Positions 8,655-18,240 of a stretch of DNA of 64,000 nucleotides are shown here, in pieces. The stretch's first letter is position 1. Every line of letters starts with the position of its first letter. The notes below the pieces were generated by a model. It made no database searches and was not told the origin of the DNA. It saw nothing but the letters and a program-made list of their open reading frames with translations. Source of the DNA: a bacterium (GTDB taxonomy: Bacteria > UBA8248); the NCBI GenBank assembly GCA_965203325.1, contig OZ241875.1:3904001-3968000 (forward strand), given 5' to 3'. The translations under genes and the position numbers were made by a program.

Positions 8655-8936
8655 ATGAAAAAAATCGCGATTGCAGCCGTTTTAAGTCTCATGACGCCGA
8701 CATTGGCGTTCGCCCAAGGGATGCCTCGTATGGGCGTCGGCACGGGTCTCTTGCTTTCGATTGTCTATGGCCTGGTCGGCATCGCCTTGCTGATGATCGG
8801 GTACAAGATTTTCGAGTGGATCACGCCGTTCTCGGTGAACGATGCGCTGTCGAAGGATCAGAACAGGGCGGTCGGAATCGTCGTGGGTGCGATATTCATC
8901 GGCGTGGCGCTCATCGTGGCGGCGGCGCTGGGGTAA
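8655..8936 (+). CDS. DUF350 family small membrane protein
   Basis: AAGGAG RBS; 'FEWITPF...L...QNRAVGIVVGAIFIGVALIVAAA' pattern. Confidence 0.8.
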   Translation: MKKIAIAAVLSLMTPTLAFAQGMPRMGVGTGLLLSIVYGLVGIALLMIGYKIFEWITPFSVNDALSKDQNRAVGIVVGAIFIGVALIVAAALG

Positions 8937-9005
8937 TTGATGAGAAGTATTTCGGCGTTTGCATCGAGAGCCTGAGACCATGTGTGGGGAAGCGGGCCTG
9001 ACGTG

Positions 9006-9707
9006 ATGATTCAACTCAAGGAAAAAGCGGATTTCCGGGTATCACTTGCGGATCCGCTTTTTTTCTCGTTGCAGGGCGAGGGTGCGACAATCGGCCGCCC
9101 GTCCGTCTTCATCCGTCTCATGGGCTGCTCGGTGGGTTGCGTTTGGTGCGATACGAAGTATTCCTGGTCCGGGCCTCCGGTGGAAGAAGTTACGATCGCG
9201 GAAATTCTGGATTTTTGTCGGGAACATGAAGGCGCCCAGGTGGTGGTGACGGGAGGAGAACCGCTCGAATCCCCGCAATTCCCAACGCTGATCGAAGCGC
9301 TTCATGATGCGGGTTTACGGGTGGAGGTGGAAACAGCGGGCCATGTGCCGCCGTCTGCAGACGTTCTCGAACGGGTGGATCAGTGGAACGTCTCGCCCAA
9401 ACTTCAGTCGGCCCGAATTTCGGAGGAAAAACAGCCGAAAACTCTCGACTGGCTGTGCCGAGCAAAGGAACCCTACCTCAAGTTCGTGGTTCACCGCGCG
9501 GATGAACTCGATGAAATTGAAGCAGTTCTCGATAAATACAGCCTTGGTGATTTCCCGCGAAGCCGCGTCATCATTTCGCCTGGAGGCAAAACGCGCGAGC
9601 AGATGGCGCACAGATTGTTCGCCTTGGCGGAGGCTTCGATGAATCGAGGCTTTCGGTTCACCCCCAGGCTGCATGTGATGTTGTGGGGGGACAAGCGCGG
9701 GGTGTAG
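9006..9707 (+). CDS. queE: 7-carboxy-7-deazaguanine synthase (radical SAM)
   Basis: FSLQGEG, FIRLMGCSVGCVWCDT (CxxxCxxC), TGGEP, VSPK, PRLH. Confidence 0.9.
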   Translation: MIQLKEKADFRVSLADPLFFSLQGEGATIGRPSVFIRLMGCSVGCVWCDTKYSWSGPPVEEVTIAEILDFCREHEGAQVVVTGGEPLESPQFPTLIEALHDAGLRVEVETAGHVPPSADVLERVDQWNVSPKLQSARISEEKQPKTLDWLCRAKEPYLKFVVHRADELDEIEAVLDKYSLGDFPRSRVIISPGGKTREQMAHRLFALAEASMNRGFRFTPRLHVMLWGDKRGV

Positions 9708-9746
9708 CTTCAGGCTAAAGGGAATTCCATAGTGTTCGATGAAAAG

Positions 9747-9780
9747 AAAACCCCCTCCGGTAGTACCTGGAGGGGGTTTT
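9747..9780. terminator. Bidirectional intrinsic terminator
   Basis: AAAACCCCCTCC...GGAGGGGGTTTT between convergent queE and AOR genes. Confidence 0.8.
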
Positions 9781-9797
9781 AGATTTCACTCAGGAAC

Positions 9798-11696
9798 TTA
9801 GGCCGGAAGAGCGATTCCCTCTTCCTCCGTGAGCCTGTCCCAATTCGCCTCGGTTCGCTTTTTGAGCTCATCCATGAACTCGCGCGTGATGAAACTGGGC
9901 ATTTTGACGTTCTCATTCGCCCCTTCGTACACGCGGGCGGGAACATCGTATTCTTCATCTGTATAGCCCACTTTTTTCTCCAGTAAACGCCCTCTCAGGT
10001 AAGAACGCCTGATAGCCTGATTTACGTCTTCTTCGGTCAACGACATGCCGAACATGTCGTTCAGGCTGTCGACGATATTCTCGTTGGGCGCGCCTGCGAA
10101 TTTGCAGGTGCCGATGAGGTCATCCCGAGTATAGTAGATGCCGTTCAGGATGGCGTTTTCCCAGTAATCGATGTCTGTCTGCTGGCCATCGAGAATGAGA
10201 AGCAAGAACGTGCGCATGCTCATGTGGCCGCCTGCCAGCGCCCAGGGGTAGCCGGGGTTGGTTTCGGGCAGATAGGCGGGGTATTCGAGGCCCTTGCCCT
10301 GCATGGCGAAGGAGAGGTCACCGCATTGCTGGGCCAGGCGCATGGTGCCTTGCGCCAGTTCTTCACACTCGCCCGCCGCCGCTTTGCGGATCAATTCATC
10401 CATCTTTTTGGCGTCGCCGAAGCAAATGCCGTCGAGCACGGGTTTGTCCGGGTTTCTTTCGTTCCACTCCATGGCGTAGCTGATCGTGGCGCCCAGGCTG
10501 ATGGCGTCGTAGCCCATGCGATCGCCCAACTCCACGAGATCCAGGGATTCTTCCGCATCATAGACGCCGCAATTCGCCGTGATGAGGTCGAGCGGCTCAT
10601 AGTCGAATTTGACCCTGAATTTTCCTTTCTTCGCCCTTCTGCCTTCGGCCGTTTCTCCCTCGGGCCTGTCGTAGATGTTTTTATGGCACGCGATGCCGCA
10701 TTTGAAGCAGGACTCATCTTTGATGACGTAGGGTTCTTCAAAACTGCCGCGGTAAAGTTGAACGGCGTCATCATTCCCCGGCGCCCAGAAGTTCCTCTCG
10801 GGGAGACAGCCCATGGGGTGCAATCCCGCGATATTCCGCCAGGTACCGCCGCCGCCATCGGCCTTATAGGCGTCGCGGTAGTTTTTGGAACCGGCGCCCC
10901 GGGAGATGACCTTGTTCGCTTCTTTGACGACGTTCGTTACGGCAGATTTGTCATCAGGAGCCTGTGCAACGATGGCGATGAGATTTTTAGAACCCATCAC
11001 GCCGCCGAAGCCGCCGCGTCCGCAGAACCTCGGCTTGCATTCCCTCGTTTTGAGCTGGTTTTCCGTGCTCAGGACGATGGACGCCATGCGGTTCGTTTCG
11101 TAGTTCTCCCCAGGTGGGCCGATGACGGCAAAGTGCGCGTCGTCATATTCATCGGCGAGCGCCATCATCTTCTCGTGCGAATCCTGTCCCAGAAGAGGCG
11201 AAGCGTCCACGAGTTCCAGGCTCGGCGGGCCGCCCAGGGTATCGCTCTTTATCACCAGGGTGACGGGCTTCTCACTCCTTCCTGTAAAGATGATTTCGTC
11301 TATGCCCGCACAGGCCACCTTGGTTCCGAATTTACCGGAGCCTGCCGAGTACATGGCCGAAGGCGCACCGGCCAGCGTGCTCTTGAGCGGGCTGTAGCCG
11401 CCAAAGAACGTTCTCAGCCCCGTCATCAGGTTCGTTCCCGAGAAGCAGCCAAGCTCCATAACGAGCGGTGAGGAGGGGGCGTAGGGGTCCGTTACATCGT
11501 GGTGGGCGAGGATTTTGAAAAGCCTACCGATCCCGCCCAGAAAATCTTCCAAATCCTCACAGGATTTATCCACGATCGCGATGCTTCCACTGCCCAGATC
11601 AATAGTAGCGCTTCTGTACTTGTAATCAGTTGCCGAGTTGTTCCCGTTTTTGGCGTCGGTCCACATTTTTCTGCCTACCTCCGATAAATATCCCAT
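9798..11696 (-). CDS. Aldehyde:ferredoxin oxidoreductase family (W/Mo-pterin, 4Fe-4S)
   Basis: LGGIG, SPL, GRGGFGGVMGSKNLIAI, CFKCGIAC, DRMGYDAIS, KGLEYPAY motifs. Confidence 0.85.
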   Translation of the reverse strand: MGYLSEVGRKMWTDAKNGNNSATDYKYRSATIDLGSGSIAIVDKSCEDLEDFLGGIGRLFKILAHHDVTDPYAPSSPLVMELGCFSGTNLMTGLRTFFGGYSPLKSTLAGAPSAMYSAGSGKFGTKVACAGIDEIIFTGRSEKPVTLVIKSDTLGGPPSLELVDASPLLGQDSHEKMMALADEYDDAHFAVIGPPGENYETNRMASIVLSTENQLKTRECKPRFCGRGGFGGVMGSKNLIAIVAQAPDDKSAVTNVVKEANKVISRGAGSKNYRDAYKADGGGGTWRNIAGLHPMGCLPERNFWAPGNDDAVQLYRGSFEEPYVIKDESCFKCGIACHKNIYDRPEGETAEGRRAKKGKFRVKFDYEPLDLITANCGVYDAEESLDLVELGDRMGYDAISLGATISYAMEWNERNPDKPVLDGICFGDAKKMDELIRKAAAGECEELAQGTMRLAQQCGDLSFAMQGKGLEYPAYLPETNPGYPWALAGGHMSMRTFLLLILDGQQTDIDYWENAILNGIYYTRDDLIGTCKFAGAPNENIVDSLNDMFGMSLTEEDVNQAIRRSYLRGRLLEKKVGYTDEEYDVPARVYEGANENVKMPSFITREFMDELKKRTEANWDRLTEEEGIALPA

Positions 11697-11791
11697 TTAG
11701 GATGCTGAAAACACATTTTTTGGTTAATTTTCTTGATGTGATTATTCCGCGTTTTAGCCGCTTGGGCAAGCGGACAAACGAGGTAAAGCCG

Positions 11792-13378
11792 CTAGAAGGC
11801 TACAGGTTCTTGAAATTCTCCAAAAACGCTGCGTAGCACATCTGTAATCTCCCCGATGGTGGCATATGCTTCCACCGCCTCGGAAATTGGCTCCATGAGG
11901 TTCTCATCGCCTCTGGCGGCGTCTTCGAGGCGCTTTAGGCTTTGTTCCGCCCGCGAGGAGTCTCGCTCTTTCTTCAAATTGTTCAGTTGTTTCTTCTGGC
12001 GTTCTTCAAGTTCAGGATCGATCGTGAATATCTCTTGTGAGGGAGGTTCCTCCCGTGCATATTTATTCACGCCGACGATAGTTTGTTCCTGTGCATCCAC
12101 CGCTTTTTGCCAGCGAAACGCGCTCTCTGCTACCCACTTTTGCACTACGCCCCGTTGGATACACTCGACCATACCGCCGCGCTCTTCCACATCTTCGATA
12201 ATCTGCGCCATCTCACCTTCCATGCGGGCAGTCAAATTTTCCAGGTAATATGAGCCGCCGAAGGGGTCCGCCACGTCGGGTGCGCCGCTCTCATGAGCGA
12301 TGATTTGCTGGGTGCGCAGGGCGAGAAGGGCGCTTTCTTCGGTCGGTAACGCGAGCGCTTCGTCGTAAGCGCAAGTAAAGATGGTTTGAGCGCCTCCGAG
12401 CACGGCGGACAGCGCCTCATAGGTGACTCTGACGATATTGTTTTCGGGTTCTTGCGCAGTGAGTGTGCTGCCGCCGCAAACGACACCGAAGCGGAAGAGC
12501 CAACTTCTCTCGTTTTGGGCGCCAAAGCGCTCCCTCATTAGTTTGGCCCATAGCGTTCGCATGGCTCTGTACTTGGCGATTTCTTCGAAAAAATCCATGT
12601 GGGTGTAAAAATAAAAGCTGAGTCTAGGGGCGAATTCGTCGATATCAAGCCCGCGCTCCAGGCATCTTTCCACATAAACAATTGCATCCGCGAGGGTAAA
12701 GCCGCCTTCTTGGACAGCAGTTGCGCCGGCATCCCTGAAATGAGCACCCGCAGCGCTTATGGTGTTGAACCTCGGGGTGTTTCTCGCTCCATATTCGACG
12801 GTATCGACGATCAGCCGTAGTGAAGGCTCGGGCGGGAAAATCCAAGTACCGCGGGAAACGTATTCTTTCAGGATGTCGTTCTGGATGGTGCCGGTAAGCT
12901 GAGCGGGCGAAACGCCTTGTTTCTTGCCGACCGCGACGTACATGGCAAAAAGGATGGCGGCCGTTGAGTTAATGGTGAAGGACGTGCTGATCTTATCGAG
13001 CGGGATGCCTTGAAAAATGGTTTCCATATCCGCCAGCGAGTCGATGGCTACACCTACTTTACCGACTTCACCGGCTGATTTTACGTTGTCGCTGTCGAGT
13101 CCAAGTTGTGTCGGAAGGTCGAGAGCGACGGAGAGCCCGGTGTTTCCCTCGTCAAGCAGAAAGCGGTATCGCTGGTTCGTATCTTCAGCGGTTCCGAAAC
13201 CCGAGTACTGGCGCATCGTCCACAGGCGTTTTCTGTACATCTCAGGATGAATGCCACGTGTGAGAGGATATTCTCCGGGTTTACCCGGTTCATAGCTCTG
13301 AGGCATATCTCCAAGGTCGTAAGTGTTTTCCAAGGCGAGGCCTGAGCGAGTTTTTATCTGTGGGTCATCGTTAGTCAT
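11792..13378 (-). CDS. B12-dependent acyl-CoA mutase large (substrate-binding) subunit, methylmalonyl-CoA mutase family
   Basis: TRG.HP.MYR..WTMRQYSGFG, GLSVALDLPTQLG.DSD, GEVGKVGV, GTIQNDILKEY, DPFGGSYY; no B12-binding domain. Confidence 0.9.
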   Translation of the reverse strand: MTNDDPQIKTRSGLALENTYDLGDMPQSYEPGKPGEYPLTRGIHPEMYRKRLWTMRQYSGFGTAEDTNQRYRFLLDEGNTGLSVALDLPTQLGLDSDNVKSAGEVGKVGVAIDSLADMETIFQGIPLDKISTSFTINSTAAILFAMYVAVGKKQGVSPAQLTGTIQNDILKEYVSRGTWIFPPEPSLRLIVDTVEYGARNTPRFNTISAAGAHFRDAGATAVQEGGFTLADAIVYVERCLERGLDIDEFAPRLSFYFYTHMDFFEEIAKYRAMRTLWAKLMRERFGAQNERSWLFRFGVVCGGSTLTAQEPENNIVRVTYEALSAVLGGAQTIFTCAYDEALALPTEESALLALRTQQIIAHESGAPDVADPFGGSYYLENLTARMEGEMAQIIEDVEERGGMVECIQRGVVQKWVAESAFRWQKAVDAQEQTIVGVNKYAREEPPSQEIFTIDPELEERQKKQLNNLKKERDSSRAEQSLKRLEDAARGDENLMEPISEAVEAYATIGEITDVLRSVFGEFQEPVAF

Positions 13379-13385
13379 TTCGGGG

Positions 13386-14165
13386 TCATCTCCCCTTGAA
13401 TACGGGTCTTCGCTTTTCAAAAAACGCTTTTACCGCCTCATCATGGTCTTCTGATACCCAAAGATCTGCAAATCGGGACGATTCCCAACTCGTCGTTTTC
13501 TCCAGTGTATTTTCTAATCCGAACAAGAGCAACGCCTTTAATGAGCGGATGGCTCCCGGAGCGCTTTTAGAAATTTCTTCCACCATCGCCCTGGCGACGC
13601 GAAGACCGTCCCCTTTGGGCACTACGGCGTTTGCAAGTCCCATCTTGAGCGCATCTTCCGGGCTCAGTTCTTTGCATGTGGTCAAAAGTTCCAGCGCTCG
13701 CCCGTATCCGATTGTGCGGAGGAGGCGCCCCCCGCCTCCCCAGCCCGTCATGAGGCCCACGCGGGCTTGCTTGAAACTCATGTAAGCGTGCTCCTCGATG
13801 ATCCGCATGTCACAGGCCATGGCGATTTCGGTTCCACCGCCCAGGGCGTATCCGTTCAAAACGGCTATGACGGGTACAGGTAATGCGGACAGACGCCCCA
13901 TGATTCCCTGCATCCGTCTGCTCATGCCCAACCCGGCCTCGCGAGATTCAAAAGACTGTAGCCATTTCAAGTCGCCGCCCGAGCAGAACGCCTCTTCACC
14001 TTCACCCGTGAGGATGACGGCTCTTAGTTCATTCGAAGTTTCAAGAGAGTCGAGTGCCTCGGTAAGACCCTGCATGATTTCTTCGTTGACGGCGTTGCGA
14101 ACGTCTTTTCTGTTGAACTTGAGGATGGAGAATACGCCCTCGGCTTCATGAATGAAATCGGGCAT
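13386..14165 (-). CDS. Crotonase-superfamily (enoyl-CoA hydratase-like) protein
   Basis: AFCSGGDL, NGYALGGGTEIAMACDMR, AFFEKRRPVFKG. Confidence 0.9.
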   Translation of the reverse strand: MPDFIHEAEGVFSILKFNRKDVRNAVNEEIMQGLTEALDSLETSNELRAVILTGEGEEAFCSGGDLKWLQSFESREAGLGMSRRMQGIMGRLSALPVPVIAVLNGYALGGGTEIAMACDMRIIEEHAYMSFKQARVGLMTGWGGGGRLLRTIGYGRALELLTTCKELSPEDALKMGLANAVVPKGDGLRVARAMVEEISKSAPGAIRSLKALLLFGLENTLEKTTSWESSRFADLWVSEDHDEAVKAFFEKRRPVFKGR

Positions 14166-14222
14166 GGGGCCTCCTGCAGATTTTTGTCTACTAAAGCCGA
14201 GGTGAGGTCTGAGATGCAGGTG

Positions 14223-15167
14223 TTACCAATATTTCTCGTAGTGGATGTTCCCCTTCGTCCGGCCATAGTCCATCGTGAAGCCGCGATCTTCCATGATCTG
14301 GATAACGCCCGGCGCGCCTTCCGGCCATATCTTCTCGCCTTCACGAACTTTCGGGATGCCGATCATGTCGGGGTTTCCGCACAAGAACAGATGCGTGTTC
14401 GCAGGGTCCATCTTACGGCCGAGGCTTTCCTCGAACATGCCCGTTGCGAGATAATCCTGAACATATACCTTGTTGTTGATAGTATCCGCCTCGCGCGTGG
14501 TGAGCGCGTGATATGTGAGTTGGGGATATTTCTTTTCGAGTTCTCTATAGATGGTTTCGTATGCGAGATCGTTATTGTAGCGCACGACGTTGATGCTGGC
14601 GATTTGGCCTTTGTAACCCGTACGAAGCAGTTCCCATATCATATGATTGTGCGGGCCTTCTCCCGTTCCCGTGCCTGCGAAAACGACGAGAGAGTTTTCG
14701 TCACCCCGAATATCATTCATGCAGTCGAGCGTGTATTCACCGGTAAATTTTTGACCCATGTGGATACGGTCGCCGGATTTCAGGAGGAAGAGTCTCGGAG
14801 TGAGCAGGGGCGCAGGTTCGCCTTCCTCGCCGATGACCAGGACGATGTAGAATTCCAGGAAATCCAGGTCGTCCGGTGGAAATAGTTCTCCTGCTCCGTT
14901 GACAACCGGATGAGAGACGGAATAGGCGCGCCTGCCCAATCGCCGAATTCTTTTCTCGTCGAGCTCTTTCTCCTTGACGGCGTCTACATGACGGGGCTCC
15001 CAGTTACCCAGCCCCAGCGTCGTGTATTGCCCCGATTTGTATTCGGGAAAATCGAAATCGGGTTTTACCCGAAAACATGCGAGCGACTCATGCTGCCAGA
15101 CGATATCTGTGACAGTAGCGTTGTAATGTTTTTCCCTTAACTCTCGTTTTGTTGCATCATCAAGCAT
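14223..15167 (-). CDS. Ferredoxin/flavodoxin--NADP+ reductase
   Basis: GQYTTLG, RRAYS, GTGTG, LCGNPDMI, C-terminal EKYW. Confidence 0.85.
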   Translation of the reverse strand: MLDDATKRELREKHYNATVTDIVWQHESLACFRVKPDFDFPEYKSGQYTTLGLGNWEPRHVDAVKEKELDEKRIRRLGRRAYSVSHPVVNGAGELFPPDDLDFLEFYIVLVIGEEGEPAPLLTPRLFLLKSGDRIHMGQKFTGEYTLDCMNDIRGDENSLVVFAGTGTGEGPHNHMIWELLRTGYKGQIASINVVRYNNDLAYETIYRELEKKYPQLTYHALTTREADTINNKVYVQDYLATGMFEESLGRKMDPANTHLFLCGNPDMIGIPKVREGEKIWPEGAPGVIQIMEDRGFTMDYGRTKGNIHYEKYW

Positions 15168-15286
15168 TCAGTCCCTCATCGGATAGACGAATCTATATAA
15201 CAATGTGCATTACAGCCCAACCGCAGGCGAATACTACCCAATCCGCTTTGGAAGATATAGCCTTGAGCGGGGATTTTTTCAGATTT

Positions 15287-16012
15287 TTATATCGAAATCG
15301 CCTCGAATGATACCGCATATTCAAATCCGGCGAGTTTCCCTGTTTCGACGGCTGCCTGGGTGAGGAAACCGACGGGGTCGAACCCTTGCGCGAGATTATC
15401 GATATAAAGCCTATGCGCTTGCAAAGATTCAATTCCTTTCTCGAGGTACCCGCTGACGTCAACGGCATATGTAGGTTCAGGAGAACCGCTGAGCAACACC
15501 ATGCGCACGCCTGCCCAGGGATTCAGACCTTCATCCAGCAATTCTGGAAAAATCCAGCGGTTTCCAGCATCGCGGCTCGCATCCATCACGCCATAAGCGA
15601 GCCAGCGGTGATCCGCCATGTTCAAGGGGCCACCAGGCCAGGTGAGGTGATGGGAAAGCGTGATTACGATTTCAGGGCGATAAACTCTGATTTTCCGCGT
15701 GAGATCGCGTCTTAAATCCAAATTGTACTCAATCACCCCATCTGTATAGCCCAAGAATTCCACTTTTTCGACGCCGACGATGGCGGCGCTTTTTATTTCT
15801 TCCTCTTCTCTTGCAGGGCCAGTCTCTTCCGGGGGCATGTCATCGATGCCCGCTTCGCCGCTTGTCATGAGGATATAGGAGATTTCCTTGCCTTGCGCCG
15901 TCCACCTGGCGACCGCGCTCGAGGCGCCGAATTCCATATCATCTGGATGCGCCACTATGGCAAGCGCACGCTGCCAATTTTCATCGAGAGTGGGTAGTTT
16001 GTCCGTCGTCAT
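15287..16012 (-). CDS. PIG-L/LmbE family deacetylase
   Basis: AHPDD, TSGEAG, ADH motifs. Confidence 0.88.
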   Translation of the reverse strand: MTTDKLPTLDENWQRALAIVAHPDDMEFGASSAVARWTAQGKEISYILMTSGEAGIDDMPPEETGPAREEEEIKSAAIVGVEKVEFLGYTDGVIEYNLDLRRDLTRKIRVYRPEIVITLSHHLTWPGGPLNMADHRWLAYGVMDASRDAGNRWIFPELLDEGLNPWAGVRMVLLSGSPEPTYAVDVSGYLEKGIESLQAHRLYIDNLAQGFDPVGFLTQAAVETGKLAGFEYAVSFEAISI

Positions 16013-18234
16013 TTTTTCACCCTTTTTACAAAAATAGGACTGCTCCAGGCCAATGCACCGTCTTCTTGCATCAACCTGATGAAATAGGGGTTCCAGCCAT
16101 CGTGAAAATCGCTTTTATCGATGTCGAACGTGACGTTCGCGTAAGGGTTCCCTGACGTTGGACTGATGCGCTGCACTTCCACCTGTTGACGAACGCCTCC
16201 TGCCTCGACCACATATGGAACGGTGCCGATGTCATCGAGTTTTACCTCAAAGGAAACGACTTCGGTTTCGAAAAAGAGCGTTGCATCGTCTCCGCCTGTA
16301 TGGCGGAATTCGACGCCGTCCGCATCTCCGGTCGTTCGGCTCAGCCACTGGATACTTCGCTCATCGGCCGCCTGTATGCCTTCTTCCAGGTTGTCCACTT
16401 GCCAGTTTCTCGGTTCCTCGATCCTGCCTTTATCGACCCGCAAACCGCCGTGCCAATGAGTCTGGCGGTTGCGCTGGTGTATTCGGGCGCCGCTCCAAGA
16501 TACACGAAACCAATCTGAATTCCGGGCAATTGCATCTTTGGGGCGATAAGACAAAATGGTCTGCGAAGCGCGCTTGAGTTCTATCGACTCGATGCCGCAT
16601 TCGCCCATGGCCCGGACCTTGAACACAGGGGGATCGGTAGATTCAAATTCCTCGCCCATGAAATGGTTTCCAGCCGAGAAGGAGAGATGAATCTTCTTCC
16701 CGGTTGTTGCATAGACGCGCCTGGCTTGAATCGCCTCCCACAGGCTTTCGCGCGTGAGTTCTTCCGAATAAATGCAGGCGTAACCGCCATAGACCCCGAA
16801 AATGGCGGCGCCCGGATAGCTGGCTCCCGGTCGTCCCTTGTGTCCATCGCTTCCGGCCGTTATGCCCACGCGCCAGCCTTTTTCTAGAGCTTCTTCCACG
16901 AACCATTCAAAACGGCCCCAGGAAGAATAGATTTCCATAACGCGCTCAAGTCCTGCGTGGTGATAGTCCAGGCTCGCCCGCCGGCCTCCGATGTGGGGGA
17001 TTAGGGTGACGTCGCTACGCCCTTCCATTGCGCCGTAAAGCTCATCAAGGGGGTATCTGTCCGTCACCTGATCAGTCCAATCCTCTAGTTGCCAGTGGCT
17101 GGTTCGGTGTAAGGGGCCGTCATCACCGAGGTACATGACGTTTCTGTCCCCGCCCATTCCCGTCACGGCGGACCATTCGACCCCCAGGAACGTGACGAAG
17201 CGACCCGGTTCGTTGTATTTCTTCGTGGCCGCTCGAACGGCGTCCCAGGTATTTTTCGTGACTTGAAAATCATTCCCCTGGTGGCAGGAGAATTGCGCTC
17301 CGGCCATATCGCGGGCGAAAGCAAAGTAATCATCCGCGGTGTTTGTGCCCACTGTCTCTTCGCTCTGGCCGTGAAGGTCGCCCCAGAATGGCCGCCAGTG
17401 GTGGATTTTCTTCATGGCGTGCACGTAATTACTGTAAGCCGGGAGAATGTTTCCTCCGGCGTCGCCTCGTATGCGCCCCCATCTGCCGGGTTCCCAACTT
17501 AAGTTTTCCAGGCGAACTACAGTGGGTTTACCGCGCTCGAAACGAATTGTTTTTGGCAATCCTTCACAACTCACGCCCTCTGGTGTGAGTGAGACTTCCG
17601 CGTCTACGCCATGGCACGGATTCCCCCATATATCCTCGAGTTTCACCTGTACCCAGGATGTCTCATCGGGTGCTTGTTCCGTCGCGCCATGGATGACGAG
17701 GCGGGCGGGTTTTCCCGGGACAATGGAGAAGGCGGGCGTATCGGCTGCTTCGATGAAGCGATTCGAGCCGAAACAATCGACGAAGAGCCGGAAGCGAAAA
17801 TTTTTTTCGCAAAAGGTTTGAGCACGGGTTCCCGCGCCGTCTCCGCTTCTGTCTCCCAGAACGATAGTTACCGTATCTCCTTCCGCCAGATAGCTGTCGA
17901 ACACGTCGATGGCCAGCCCTTGCTGCCAGGGCCTGACGTTCGATTTCGGGTCCCATCTTACCCTGAGGGAGGCGCTTCCACTCGTGGTTACGCTCGCATA
18001 GTGAGCCTCAGCAGGTGCGTCGGTTTGCGGTTTGGCCCAATCGCTGGCAAAGCGGCGAGAGAGCACAATCGTTCCCCCATCGTCCACCCCATATCTGCCG
18101 ACATGGTAGATGATCGTCCAAGTGCCCCATGCGCCCGCTTCCACGTTCCCGGCGGGAGTGAGTTCACTCCATCCCACCCATTCGCGAACCCAGGATTCGC
18201 TCTTGCCGTGTCTGCCGTCTGGTGTCGTATCCAT
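16009..18234 (-). CDS. DUF3604 (PHP-like metallohydrolase) domain protein
   Basis: WGDLHGQS, GVEWS, IPH, GSDGH, WSSPIF motifs; stop overlaps next start. Confidence 0.8.
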   Translation of the reverse strand: MDTTPDGRHGKSESWVREWVGWSELTPAGNVEAGAWGTWTIIYHVGRYGVDDGGTIVLSRRFASDWAKPQTDAPAEAHYASVTTSGSASLRVRWDPKSNVRPWQQGLAIDVFDSYLAEGDTVTIVLGDRSGDGAGTRAQTFCEKNFRFRLFVDCFGSNRFIEAADTPAFSIVPGKPARLVIHGATEQAPDETSWVQVKLEDIWGNPCHGVDAEVSLTPEGVSCEGLPKTIRFERGKPTVVRLENLSWEPGRWGRIRGDAGGNILPAYSNYVHAMKKIHHWRPFWGDLHGQSEETVGTNTADDYFAFARDMAGAQFSCHQGNDFQVTKNTWDAVRAATKKYNEPGRFVTFLGVEWSAVTGMGGDRNVMYLGDDGPLHRTSHWQLEDWTDQVTDRYPLDELYGAMEGRSDVTLIPHIGGRRASLDYHHAGLERVMEIYSSWGRFEWFVEEALEKGWRVGITAGSDGHKGRPGASYPGAAIFGVYGGYACIYSEELTRESLWEAIQARRVYATTGKKIHLSFSAGNHFMGEEFESTDPPVFKVRAMGECGIESIELKRASQTILSYRPKDAIARNSDWFRVSWSGARIHQRNRQTHWHGGLRVDKGRIEEPRNWQVDNLEEGIQAADERSIQWLSRTTGDADGVEFRHTGGDDATLFFETEVVSFEVKLDDIGTVPYVVEAGGVRQQVEVQRISPTSGNPYANVTFDIDKSDFHDGWNPYFIRLMQEDGALAWSSPIFVKRVKK

Positions 18235-18240
18235 GATGCG

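Noticed and set aside
9006..9707. queE as part of a 7-deazaguanine DNA-modification (dpd) island
   Set aside because: No dpdA/tgt-like, queC, queD or folE neighbours; ordinary queuosine synthesis is the simpler reading
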